Shown here: piece by piece, positions 46,541 to 56,368 of the stretch
Numbering within the stretch: the stretch's first letter is position 1
Layout of the letters: each line of letters begins with the position of its first letter
NCBI GenBank assembly: GCA_037441845.1
Contig: JBBIRK010000004.1
Coordinates: 159,074 to 223,073, forward strand
DNA: 64,000 nt
Source: Candidatus Zixiibacteriota bacterium
GTDB lineage: Bacteria; Zixibacteria; MSB-5A5; UBA10806; 4484-95
Direction of reading: 5' to 3'
The notes under the pieces: model-generated
What the model saw: the letters and a program-made list of their open reading frames with translations, nothing else
Told to the model about the DNA's origin: nothing
Databases searched by the model: none
Translations under genes and position numbers: made by a program

Positions 46541-48143
46541 AATTGCGATTATCGTTATTGCGATTCAGGCGATTTCATTTGCGGATATCGGCTGCACCAC
46601 CGGCGATTTTATCCTGTCCCTGCCCACCGCGCATGTGTGGCCGCCGCTTGCTCTTACCAGGCCCTCGTTACAGGTTCGATACGATACGGAAAACTTCAGA
46701 ATCCATTTCGATATCACAGGCAACAATGCCGTCTATCAAAGCGATGTCGATATCAATCCGCATGACGGTGTGCCTGATTACGTAAACCGTATGGGCGAGT
46801 ATCTCGAATCGAGCCGCTTGGCTTTCGTTAATCTCCATGGATTCGACCCTCCTCCTCCCGATGACGGTCTGGGGGGTAATGACCTCTATGACGTTTACGT
46901 CACCGAAATCACCGGACTGGTGGTTCCGGAGTTCCCCTCCGATCATTATCCCGGGCGGCAGGCTTATTCTTCATATATGTTCATTGGGCGGGATCTTCGC
47001 AATCAACATCATCCCGACGACCCTATACCGTTTTTAAAGGTTACATGCGCGCATGAGTATTTCCATGCGGTGCAGATGGCTTATCGGGCGTTCGGCCGCG
47101 ATGAAACGCCTTGGTGGTATGAGCTTTCGGCGGTATCCGCGGAAGAGATCGTTTTCGACGGGGTGAACGAACTTTATTATTATCTGCCGGATTATTATTT
47201 GAAAATCGATAAATCTTTGTATCTGACGGGTGGATCGCATATGTACGGATCCTGGGTTTTTGCCCAATATCTTTGCCAGAATCATGGGTTCGAATTCATC
47301 AGAAGAATATTCGAAAAACTGATTAGCCTCGATCAATCGATCAATGCGATCAGCGTTGTTTTCGCGGAGGCCAATCTGAATTTTCTGACAGAATACGCCG
47401 ATTTTATGTCATGGAATTATTTCACCGCTGCCAATTGGAGGCCGGGATTTTTCGAAGAAGGACCGGATTTTCCGTTGAGCGTGCCGCTGATAAGAATTCA
47501 TGACATATACCCCACCGGAATGGTGATTGACCCGAAAACGATCGAGAATCTCGGAGGAGCGCACATCGTATTCAACGATCCGGGAGTGCCCAAATCCACG
47601 CTGGTGATTCATTTTTACGGCGATGATAATTATCCATTGGTATTCGCCGTCGGCAGCATTCCCGATTCCGGGTTCGTTACTTTCGGGATCTATTATGTGC
47701 CGCCCGGTGAATCATTGTCTGTCAGAATCCCTCAATTTCATAATCTCGACGCGGCATTGATGACTGTGGTATGGCCTTATCAGGGTTTCACTATTCGCGA
47801 CAGCGCCGATTTCAAATACAGCGCAGAAATCGATACGATTGAAACGTCGATTTCATCCGAGGAAACGATGGTTCCCGCATCGTTCAGGCTCTTGGGCAAC
47901 TATCCAAACCCATTCAATTCCGCCACAATCATAAATTTCGAGTGGAATTTTTCTTCGGAAAATTATAAGTTCGAGGTTGTGGACGTAACCGGCCGAAAGA
48001 TCGGCGAAATGACGGGAAAAGCGGAAATCGGGTTAAATGCGTTGCGCTGGCGGATGATGGAAAACCAGGCCTGCGGCATATATCTATATAAAATCACAAT
48101 CGGTGGTTTCGAGCGAACGGGCAGAATGCTTTACCTCAAATAG
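46524..48143 (+). CDS. Secreted zinc metallopeptidase (MXAN_6640-like) with T9SS-like C-terminal domain
   Basis: Signal peptide, NFRIHF, DGVPDYV, AHEYFHAVQ, WWYE; NYPNPFN...GIYLY terminus. Confidence 0.8.
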   Translation: MRIACKIAIIVIAIQAISFADIGCTTGDFILSLPTAHVWPPLALTRPSLQVRYDTENFRIHFDITGNNAVYQSDVDINPHDGVPDYVNRMGEYLESSRLAFVNLHGFDPPPPDDGLGGNDLYDVYVTEITGLVVPEFPSDHYPGRQAYSSYMFIGRDLRNQHHPDDPIPFLKVTCAHEYFHAVQMAYRAFGRDETPWWYELSAVSAEEIVFDGVNELYYYLPDYYLKIDKSLYLTGGSHMYGSWVFAQYLCQNHGFEFIRRIFEKLISLDQSINAISVVFAEANLNFLTEYADFMSWNYFTAANWRPGFFEEGPDFPLSVPLIRIHDIYPTGMVIDPKTIENLGGAHIVFNDPGVPKSTLVIHFYGDDNYPLVFAVGSIPDSGFVTFGIYYVPPGESLSVRIPQFHNLDAALMTVVWPYQGFTIRDSADFKYSAEIDTIETSISSEETMVPASFRLLGNYPNPFNSATIINFEWNFSSENYKFEVVDVTGRKIGEMTGKAEIGLNALRWRMMENQACGIYLYKITIGGFERTGRMLYLK

Positions 48144-48160
48144 GAGTTTTCGAATAAGGA

Positions 48161-48883
48161 ATGATTCAGGACAAAAACGACCGAAGCGATAATGAATTTG
48201 ACCTGTTCGATCAGAAAAACATAGTCGAATCGCTTATTTTCGCCTCCAACGAACCGCTTCGAGACGATGTAATCGCCCGTTGTGCGGGAATTTCGCAAGC
48301 CACTTTGGAAAAAGTCGTCGCTGAATTGAATGAGGAATATCTTGCGACCAGAAGGAGCTTCAGAATAGAAAGGGTAAACGGCGGCTATCGGTTCTATTCA
48401 TTGCCGGAGTATCACTCCTATATAAAAAGAGCAGGCGAAATCGATCGGAAACTTCACCTCAGTCAGGCGGCGCTCGAAGCTTTGGCGATAATCGCTTACA
48501 AGCAGCCGATCACCCGCGCCGAAATCGAAAGAATCAGAGGCGTGGATTGCGATGGAGTTCTGCGCAATCTTATGGCAAGGGATCTGATCTGCATCGATGG
48601 CCGTTCGAACGGCCCGGGCCGTCCGCATCTTTTCGTGACCACCGAATATTTCCTCGAATTTTTCGGTTTGCCGTCGTTGAGCCATCTGCCGCCATTGCCG
48701 CCCACGGAAGAAGTTCCGGCGAAATTGCCGTCGCTTAAATTGGCGCGCAAAGGCGAGGTCATGGGCGATGGCGTCGGAGACGATCAAGCCGAAACGGCGC
48801 TCGAGTCGGCCGCTAAAGATTCCAGCGTATCTTCGGGGGGATTTTCCCCTTTGTCGATCACTGAAATAGAACGTGAATCTTGA
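48161..48883 (+). CDS. scpB: Segregation and condensation protein B
   Basis: VESLIFAS.EPL, LSQAALEALAIIAYKQPITRAEIERIRGV, FLEFFGL. Confidence 0.95.
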   Translation: MIQDKNDRSDNEFDLFDQKNIVESLIFASNEPLRDDVIARCAGISQATLEKVVAELNEEYLATRRSFRIERVNGGYRFYSLPEYHSYIKRAGEIDRKLHLSQAALEALAIIAYKQPITRAEIERIRGVDCDGVLRNLMARDLICIDGRSNGPGRPHLFVTTEYFLEFFGLPSLSHLPPLPPTEEVPAKLPSLKLARKGEVMGDGVGDDQAETALESAAKDSSVSSGGFSPLSITEIERES

Positions 48884-48970
48884 ATTTCGAATTGTATCGC
48901 CGCTGCGTAGGTTTGACCTCGCGCAACGGCGAACCATCACTTATTCCGATAGACCCTTGTTGCCTCATTA

Positions 48971-49690
48971 ATGATGCGGATAAATAAATATCTTGCCCGA
49001 TCTGGCGCCGGTTCCCGCCGCCACGCCGATCAGCTAATTCTTCAGGGAAGAGTCAAAGTAAACGGCTCTTTGGTCAAGGAACTCGGCATTCAAATCGATA
49101 GCGAAAAAGACGTGGTTGAGGTGGATGGCAAGACCGTTTCACCCGCGCTGGGTACGACCTATCTGATGCTGAACAAGCCTCCCGGCTACTTGGTATCCGC
49201 CCGGGACCCGCATCACGAAAAATTGGTGAGCGTTTTACTCAAGGAATACAGGGGCAAAGTATTCCCGGTCGGCCGCCTTGATTTCGAAACATCCGGCTTG
49301 CTTCTATTCACCAACGACGGCGAGCTCGCATTTAGGTTGAGCCATCCGCGCTATGGAGTAAAGAAGACATACGAGGCAAAGCTGGCGGGCTCGATCGGCG
49401 AATCTGAAATGGAACAGCTGAGAAAGGGAATCGTGCTGGATGACGGCCCAACCGCGCCGGCTGAAGCGCAGATCGTATCCGTCTCCAGGACTATGAGTCT
49501 GGTAAGGATCACGATACACGAAGGACGGAAACGTCAGGTCAGGCGGATGTTGGCCAGCCTCGGATTTCCGGTGATAACTCTTAAACGGGTCGCCTATGGG
49601 TCTCTTTTGCTGGATGACCTGCCGGAGGGGAAGTTCCGCCTGTTGGAGCCGTCTCAGGTGGAGGAGCTTAAGGCGCTGGTGGGATTGTAG
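48971..49690 (+). CDS. rluB: 23S rRNA pseudouridine synthase (RluB/RsuA family)
   Basis: S4 domain, LNKP.G, VGRLD, LLFTNDG, EGRKRQVRRM. Confidence 0.9.
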   Translation: MMRINKYLARSGAGSRRHADQLILQGRVKVNGSLVKELGIQIDSEKDVVEVDGKTVSPALGTTYLMLNKPPGYLVSARDPHHEKLVSVLLKEYRGKVFPVGRLDFETSGLLLFTNDGELAFRLSHPRYGVKKTYEAKLAGSIGESEMEQLRKGIVLDDGPTAPAEAQIVSVSRTMSLVRITIHEGRKRQVRRMLASLGFPVITLKRVAYGSLLLDDLPEGKFRLLEPSQVEELKALVGL

Positions 49691-49692
49691 AG

Positions 49693-50358
49693 ATGGGCAA
49701 GGTTGTGGTTATCGACGGGCCTGCGGGCTCGGGCAAAAGCACCACGGCGATAGCTTTGGCGCGTAGGCTGGGCTACATATATCTCGACACAGGAGCGATG
49801 TATCGTGCTATAACACTTAAAATTATGCGATATAATGAAAGTGTTGCGTTAATTGATAACAAGCTCGAAAAACTGCTCGATAATACCGTCCTCGAACTTT
49901 GCCAAAGCCACGACGGTCTGAAAGTGCTTCTCGACGGCGAAGACGTAACTAAACAGATTCGCTCGACCGAGGTGGATGCAAAGGTTTCCGAGGTTTCGGC
50001 TATCCCCGCTGTCAGGGAATTCATGCACAAGCAGCAACGGGCATTCGGTGAAAATCATGACATCGTGGCGGAGGGAAGGGACTTGGGAACTTACGTTTTC
50101 CCCGATGCCGATGTTAAAATTTACATGGTGGCCGATCTTGAAACCCGCGCCGAACGCCGCCGGTTGCAATTGAATTTGGCGCTATCTGAAAAGGCAAGTT
50201 TGCAAGAAAATCTAAAGATGCGTGATGAGATCGATTCCGGCAGGACTCATTCCCCGCTCAAGAAAGCCCCTGATGCCATAGTGATCGATACGACGAATAT
50301 GACATTCGAACAGCAGGTGGATGAAATCCTGAAAATATGTCTGGCCAAATTAAAGTAA
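49693..50358 (+). CDS. cmk: Cytidylate kinase
   Basis: IDGPAGSGKST, LDTGAMYR, EGRDLGT. Confidence 0.96.
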   Translation: MGKVVVIDGPAGSGKSTTAIALARRLGYIYLDTGAMYRAITLKIMRYNESVALIDNKLEKLLDNTVLELCQSHDGLKVLLDGEDVTKQIRSTEVDAKVSEVSAIPAVREFMHKQQRAFGENHDIVAEGRDLGTYVFPDADVKIYMVADLETRAERRRLQLNLALSEKASLQENLKMRDEIDSGRTHSPLKKAPDAIVIDTTNMTFEQQVDEILKICLAKLK

Positions 50359-51002
50359 ATCATTTTTATCGATTTTGCCGATTCCTGATCAGAATTTATA
50401 TGCGCCTCTTGTGTGGGCTTGATCTGAGGGGTTCCCGCAACGTTCCCCCCGACGGCGGTTTGATAATCGCTTCGAATCATGTGGCGGCCGGCGATCCACC
50501 ATTGCTCGGTTCGGCGTGCCCGCGCGAAGTGCATTTCATGGCCAAGAAGGAGCTATTCAAGCCGCCTCTTGGATTATTGATAAGAAACCTCAATGCATTC
50601 CCGGTTGACCGGGGTGGATTCGATCTCGATTCCATAAAGACCAGCCTTGGCCTGTTGAGGTCGGGAAACGTTTTGCTGATGTTTCCTGAGGGAACCAGAT
50701 CGCGGGATGGGAAGTTGGGTCGGGCCAAGCCCGGCGTGGCCATGATTGCGCTCAAAGCTCAGGTGCCGATAGTGCCGGTTTTTATCGCCAACACGAAACG
50801 CGCCTGGCTGAATCGCATTTGGGGAAAGAAGCTGATTGTTCATTTCGGCGAACCGATAAAAGTCAGTGCCGAAGAAAATCGGCAGACCAGGGAGATTTAC
50901 GACGAAATAGGCGCCGATGTGATGCGCAGAATAGAAAGCCTGAAGAGCGCCGCCGAAGAAAAGGTGCGCGCGGACTCCGATAAGGGGGCTCCAAATAATT
51001 GA
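50337..51002 (+). CDS. plsC: 1-acyl-sn-glycerol-3-phosphate acyltransferase
   Basis: SNH....DP, FMAKKEL, FPEGTRS. Confidence 0.92.
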   Translation: MSGQIKVNHFYRFCRFLIRIYMRLLCGLDLRGSRNVPPDGGLIIASNHVAAGDPPLLGSACPREVHFMAKKELFKPPLGLLIRNLNAFPVDRGGFDLDSIKTSLGLLRSGNVLLMFPEGTRSRDGKLGRAKPGVAMIALKAQVPIVPVFIANTKRAWLNRIWGKKLIVHFGEPIKVSAEENRQTREIYDEIGADVMRRIESLKSAAEEKVRADSDKGAPNN

Positions 51003-51119
51003 CGGTGTTCCGATATAAAAATTAATTGCCTGGCGGCAGTTTTAGGCTATATTGTACTTTATGCGGCTTCGTCCGTAGCCCTTTGGGGTAATCGTAATGT
51101 TAAGGAGGATTAATTCGTA

Positions 51120-53123
51120 ATGCCTGAAAAAACAAAAGGTACGGCCAAAAAGGCCGCAGCGAAATCAAGGAAAAAAGGAGGTGAAACCAAAACCAAATCC
51201 GACAAGATAAAACGCGACAAAAAAGAATCGGTCATCTCCAAGCGCGGTCTTGAACCGGAAATCGAGGAGATCGAAACTCCGGTAAAAAAGACACGCACCA
51301 AAACCCCCCGCACGAAAATCAAAAAAATCGAAGCCGGCGAAATGTCGGTAATCGATATCGAAGAGCAGGAATATACCGAGGACGAATATAATCAAATGCT
51401 TGCTCTCTACGAAAACACGATCAGGGATTTCAAAGAGGGCGAGATCGTAAAAGGTACCGTGCTCGGGGTTACCCGTGACGATGTGATTGTCGATGTGGGT
51501 TTCAAATCGGAGGGCATAATACCTATTGCGGAATTTCCCGAACCGATAAATATCAAAGTCGGTGACCAAATCGATGTTTATCTTGAGGCGGTGGAAAACG
51601 CCGACGGCCAGCTCGTATTATCGAAACAAAAAGCCGATTTCCTGCGCGTTTGGGATCAGATCAAAGAAGCGCATGATTCGGGAGTGACGGTTACCGGCAA
51701 AGTCCTCCGAAGAATTAAAGGCGGCCTCGTTATTGATTTATACGGTGTCGAATGCTTCCTGCCCGGGTCGCAAGTTGCGCTGAGACAAGTGCCCGATTTC
51801 GACGCACTTATCAATGACACCATGGATGTCAAAATAATCAAGATCAACAAATCGCGACGCAATATAGTGGTTTCCCGCCGCGCCGTGCTCGAAGAGGAAC
51901 GCAATCGTATGCGCGATTCGCTGCTCAAAGAAATCGAACCCGGGCAGGTGCGTGAGGGCGTGGTCAAGAACGTGACAGATTTCGGCGTGTTTATCGATCT
52001 GGGCGGCGTCGATGGGCTGTTGCATATAACGGATATGTCGTGGGGACGAATCGTTCATCCCTCCGAAATCACCAAATTGGGCCAAAAAATCAAGGTAAAA
52101 ATCCTCGATTTCGACAAGAGCACAGGGCGAATTTCCCTCGGATTGAAACAGCTTACTCCATATCCTTGGGAAAACGTCGAGGAAAAATACCCGGTGAATT
52201 CCCGGGTAAAGGGTAAAGTCGTATCGATCACCGATTACGGCGCCTTCGTCGAACTCGAAAGAGGTGTCGAGGGGCTTATCCACATATCCGAAATGTCGTG
52301 GACGCAACATATTAAACACCCTTCGAAAATCCTCTCCACCGGCGATATCGTCGAGGCGGTTGTGCTTAGTGTCGATAAGGAAAACGAAAAAATATCCCTC
52401 GGCCTGAAACAACTCGAGCCGGATCCCTGGTTGACTCTCGATCGTAAGTATCCGATCGGAATGGTGGTCAGAGGCAAGGTGAGGAATCTTACGACTTTCG
52501 GCGCATTTGTCGAAATCGACGACGGAATCGACGGCCTGGTTCATATTTCCGACATGTCTTGGACCAAGAGGATCCAGCATCCATCGGAAATCATGAAGAA
52601 AAACGACGAGATCGAGGTCCGGATTTTAAGCATAGATAAAGAAAACAGAAGGATATCACTTGGCCACAAGCAGGTAAAAGAAGATCCGTGGCCGGTTCTG
52701 GAATACAAATATGCCGTCAATACCGAAACCCTGGGGACCATCACCAGAATTCTCGACAGGGGCGTGATAGTCGATCTCGACGGGGAAGTCGAGGGTTTCG
52801 TGCCGACCAACAAACTCGGAAAGCCGGATATCACCAAACCGGCGGAGGCGTTTTCCGTCGGAGATCAGATTCCCTTGCAGGTTATAGAATTCGATTCCAA
52901 AAACCGCAGGATAATTTTGTCGGTCGATGCTTACTACGCTTCGAGGGAAAAAAGCGAATTGGAGGAATTCCTCGCCAAACATCCAACACGTACGATAAAG
53001 TTCAGCGAAGCGATCGGAGAAGAATCGCTCGATTCACGGATTGCGGTCGAAACAGGCTCGGTCGAACCGGAAACCTCATCCGAACAGATTACCCCGGAGC
53101 CCGGCGAGAATATTCAAAACTAA
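51120..53123 (+). CDS. rpsA: 30S ribosomal protein bS1 with a basic N-terminal extension
   Basis: Six S1 repeats (VGFKSEG, FLPGSQ, DGLLHITDMSW, EGLIHISEMSW...); AAGGAGG RBS. Confidence 0.97.
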   Translation: MPEKTKGTAKKAAAKSRKKGGETKTKSDKIKRDKKESVISKRGLEPEIEEIETPVKKTRTKTPRTKIKKIEAGEMSVIDIEEQEYTEDEYNQMLALYENTIRDFKEGEIVKGTVLGVTRDDVIVDVGFKSEGIIPIAEFPEPINIKVGDQIDVYLEAVENADGQLVLSKQKADFLRVWDQIKEAHDSGVTVTGKVLRRIKGGLVIDLYGVECFLPGSQVALRQVPDFDALINDTMDVKIIKINKSRRNIVVSRRAVLEEERNRMRDSLLKEIEPGQVREGVVKNVTDFGVFIDLGGVDGLLHITDMSWGRIVHPSEITKLGQKIKVKILDFDKSTGRISLGLKQLTPYPWENVEEKYPVNSRVKGKVVSITDYGAFVELERGVEGLIHISEMSWTQHIKHPSKILSTGDIVEAVVLSVDKENEKISLGLKQLEPDPWLTLDRKYPIGMVVRGKVRNLTTFGAFVEIDDGIDGLVHISDMSWTKRIQHPSEIMKKNDEIEVRILSIDKENRRISLGHKQVKEDPWPVLEYKYAVNTETLGTITRILDRGVIVDLDGEVEGFVPTNKLGKPDITKPAEAFSVGDQIPLQVIEFDSKNRRIILSVDAYYASREKSELEEFLAKHPTRTIKFSEAIGEESLDSRIAVETGSVEPETSSEQITPEPGENIQN

Positions 53124-53144
53124 GGGGAAACAATCCGACTTTAG

Positions 53145-53174
53145 AAGGGCGTTCGGGATTATCCGAACGCCCTT
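53145..53174. terminator. Hairpin downstream of rpsA
   Basis: AAGGGCGTTCGG-GATTAT-CCGAACGCCCTT 12-bp stem. Confidence 0.65.
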
Positions 53175-53201
53175 ACCGTTTAGCCGCTTGAAACAGCAGT
53201 A

Positions 53202-53231
53202 TTGACATTGCCGTCCGCCATTCCGTAGAAT
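53202..53231 (+). promoter_or_regulatory. Promoter of the ABC exporter/LPS genes
   Basis: TTGACA-N18-TAGAAT. Confidence 0.55.
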
Positions 53232-53290
53232 ATACAAATGATATATTGTTCAAAAATCCGCTTTCACCACCTTTGATCGAAGAGGTACAA

Positions 53291-55114
53291 TTGCCGCTGT
53301 ATTTTCGTCTGCTTGGATTCTTAAAGCCGCACCTGAAATATTTTGTCCCGGCGGTGTTTTCCATGAGCCTGTTGGCCTTTACCAGCGGGATCTCACTTAC
53401 CACGATCGTGCCCGTAACGCAGATAATTTTCGAATCGCATGTCTCGGCGCCTCCCTTTAACGCAGAACATTATACGATCAAGGACCTGCTTCGATTCGAC
53501 CGCCATGCGGTTATTCAATTGATAGGGGGAAGTTCTATAGAGGAGCGTTTGTTCAGAGTCTGCGTTTTTATTTTTCTGATATTCTTGATTAAGAATATAT
53601 TCTGGTATATCCAAAACTATTTCGTTATAAGAGTGGAGCAGGGGGTCATCCGGGATTTGAGAAACGTCATCTATGAGAAATATCACTCCTTGCCATTGAC
53701 GTTTTTTCACGAAAAGAGAGCCGGCGAACTTATTTCGCGTGTAACCAACGATGTCACTTTGGTCAGAGGCGCAGTCTGCAACGGCTTATCCGATCTGATA
53801 AGAAATATATTTCTTTTCATTTTTTATTTGACCGTGGCCCTGCTTGCCTCCTGGCGGATGGCATTGGCGGCTCTTATCGTTTTCCCCCCGGCCATTCTCA
53901 TAATCAGCCTAATCGGAAGGAAGCTGCGCATTAACTCGACTATAACCCAGGAAAAAATGGCGGCCGTAACCTCGATAATTCAGGAAACGGTAATGGGCAT
54001 TCGGGTGGTGAAAGCGTTCAGCATGGAGAAATTCGAGATTTACAGATTCGCAAGACAAGTGGGCGATTATTTCAAAACCATGGTTCGGCTGACTCGAATA
54101 GCCTCGCTGGGCGTGCCGCTTACGGAGCTGCTCGGAGCAGCCGCCGGCGCGCTGATACTTTGGTATGGCGGAAGGCAGATAATTTCCGGCGGTGATCTCA
54201 CCACCAGCACGTTTATGTTGTTCATGCTTGCGGCTTTTTCGATGATCGATCCGATTAAAAAAATCAGCCAGGTTAACATCGATATCCAACAGGGTCTGGC
54301 GGCATCCAAGAGGATTTTCGAGATTTTGGACACGCCGCCGGCTATAACCGATAAAAAGGAGGCGATCAATCTCGATGGATTCAGGTCGGAAATCAGGTAC
54401 GAGCATGTGAATTTCAGTTACGGCGAAAACGAATTTTCATTGAAAGACATTGATTTCAAGTTGAAGCGGGGGGAGATACTTGCCCTCGTGGGACCCTCTG
54501 GCGGCGGTAAATCGACTATCGTCGATCTGTTGCCGAGATTCTACGATCCGGATTCCGGACGGGTCACTATCGACGGGATAGATATAAGAGACGTTTCGCT
54601 CGGCTCGCTGAGATCGCTTTTGGGGATAGTTACACAAGACACCATATTATTCAACGACACGATCGCCGCCAATATCGCCTACGGTAGCGCCGATATTTCG
54701 CCGGATAGATTGAAATCGGCGGCGACCGCCGCATTCGCGGACGAATTCATCGAGCGTTTTCCGAACGGCTATGATACGATGATCGGCGACCGGGGGGTGC
54801 GTCTTTCGGGAGGGCAGCGACAAAGATTGGCGATCGCCCGGGCCTTGTTCAAAGATCCGCCGATCCTGATTTTCGATGAAGCCACTTCATCGCTCGACAG
54901 CGAATCCGAGCTGCTGATACAAAAGGCGATCGATAATCTACTTGCCGGCCGAACGGTGATCGTGGTCGCCCATAGACTTTCCACGATAAGAAACGCCGAT
55001 AAGATACTTGTCGTCAAGGACGGCCGGATCGCCGAACAGGGATCCCACGAAGAGCTGATCAGGAAAAACGGCGAGTATAAGAAGTTGTATGATATCCAAT
55101 TTATCGAAACCTGA
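53291..55114 (+). CDS. ABC exporter, fused permease/ATPase (MsbA-like)
   Basis: TM domain, GPSGGGKST, LSGGQRQR, FDEATSSLD, AHRLST; TTG 53291 follows a GAGG RBS (ORF track starts 53246). Confidence 0.9.
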   Translation: MPLYFRLLGFLKPHLKYFVPAVFSMSLLAFTSGISLTTIVPVTQIIFESHVSAPPFNAEHYTIKDLLRFDRHAVIQLIGGSSIEERLFRVCVFIFLIFLIKNIFWYIQNYFVIRVEQGVIRDLRNVIYEKYHSLPLTFFHEKRAGELISRVTNDVTLVRGAVCNGLSDLIRNIFLFIFYLTVALLASWRMALAALIVFPPAILIISLIGRKLRINSTITQEKMAAVTSIIQETVMGIRVVKAFSMEKFEIYRFARQVGDYFKTMVRLTRIASLGVPLTELLGAAAGALILWYGGRQIISGGDLTTSTFMLFMLAAFSMIDPIKKISQVNIDIQQGLAASKRIFEILDTPPAITDKKEAINLDGFRSEIRYEHVNFSYGENEFSLKDIDFKLKRGEILALVGPSGGGKSTIVDLLPRFYDPDSGRVTIDGIDIRDVSLGSLRSLLGIVTQDTILFNDTIAANIAYGSADISPDRLKSAATAAFADEFIERFPNGYDTMIGDRGVRLSGGQRQRLAIARALFKDPPILIFDEATSSLDSESELLIQKAIDNLLAGRTVIVVAHRLSTIRNADKILVVKDGRIAEQGSHEELIRKNGEYKKLYDIQFIET

Positions 55115-55171
55115 CGAACGGATTCCGTTCACAATCGGTTTGCGAGCAACCAATTAAAAACAAGATCGCGA

Positions 55172-56308
55172 ATGGAACGCGTAAATCCATATTTGAATAA
55201 TTTCGCTTTCTATCTGCTTTTGCTTATGGCATTGATTCTGGTTTTATCCAATGCGCTGGCGGTTACTCTCGCCTGCATCATCTTTGTTACTTGGTTGATG
55301 CAGACGATCGCTTACCGAAGGCATATTTATCGCGACTATCCGCTTTTCAAGCTTCTATGCGCTTTTATAGTTTACAAGCTGCTGGTGTTGCTGATCGCCG
55401 GGTATGAGAACGGATTCGGCAGGGCCTTAAGCCAGATCGCCTTTCCTCTGTTATATCTGGTGGTTCCGGCGATAGTCGTAACCGCGGAACGACGCCGCAA
55501 CGTGATCTGGTTGATAATCGCCGGCGCAATTATAGCCTCCGGATACGGATTGGTCAAATATCATATCGGTATAGAAAGCCGTATATCTTCTTTCGTTTCT
55601 GGCTATTACACACTGGGCTCGTATCTCTGCCTGGTTATCGGGATCCTCTTGGTGATGTTCGCTAATGCCGGTTCTTTCAAAGAGCGGACGTTTCTGGGAC
55701 TCGTAACGGTTCCGCTGGTTGCCGCACTAATTTTGACCTATGTAAGGGCGGCGTATCTTGCCCTGTTCATCGTCGTGATTATAATCGGTCTGATGAAAGA
55801 TCGGCGTGTGCTTGCGGTGCTGGCGCTGGTTGTGATCGCCCTGATTTTCATTATTCCCGGCACAGGCGCCAAGGTTCGGCAGCGGCTCGATTTTTCAGCG
55901 CCTAACGTCCTTTCAGAAAGGGATATTCTTTGGAGCGAGGGATTGAGCCGGGCGAAAGACGTTCCCTTTTTCGGGTATGGGATCAACAGTTTTCCGGCCC
56001 TTTTCGATGTTAAGACCGATTCCCGTGTGGAGGACAAATCGATTTCCACATGGCATAATATGTACCTTGAGGCCTTACTCGACGGCGGCCCGTTATCCCT
56101 GATTTTCCAGATTGCGCTTTTACTTTTCCAAGGCAGACATTCACTTGCGATTTATCGCCGCACCCGCGATCCCGAAAAAAGAATGATGCATTTGATCGTT
56201 TTGGTTGTTCTTGTAATTGTGGCGGTGATGGGGATTTTCGCCGATGTCTTGCGCGACCCGATAATTTCGTTATTCTTTTGGCTGATTCTCGGGCTGTCGA
56301 TTATTTGA
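55172..56308 (+). CDS. O-antigen ligase-family membrane protein
   Basis: Many TMs, LTYVRAA, ER..LW, PFFGYG, HNMYL. Confidence 0.85.
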   Translation: MERVNPYLNNFAFYLLLLMALILVLSNALAVTLACIIFVTWLMQTIAYRRHIYRDYPLFKLLCAFIVYKLLVLLIAGYENGFGRALSQIAFPLLYLVVPAIVVTAERRRNVIWLIIAGAIIASGYGLVKYHIGIESRISSFVSGYYTLGSYLCLVIGILLVMFANAGSFKERTFLGLVTVPLVAALILTYVRAAYLALFIVVIIIGLMKDRRVLAVLALVVIALIFIIPGTGAKVRQRLDFSAPNVLSERDILWSEGLSRAKDVPFFGYGINSFPALFDVKTDSRVEDKSISTWHNMYLEALLDGGPLSLIFQIALLLFQGRHSLAIYRRTRDPEKRMMHLIVLVVLVIVAVMGIFADVLRDPIISLFFWLILGLSII

Positions 56309-56368
56309 TTCGAAAATCCGTCTTGATGAAGTTCATTATCACGATCACATAGATTCAAGAAGTTAAGC

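Noticed and set aside
51738..52580. 280-aa antisense ORF
   Set aside because: Shadow of rpsA
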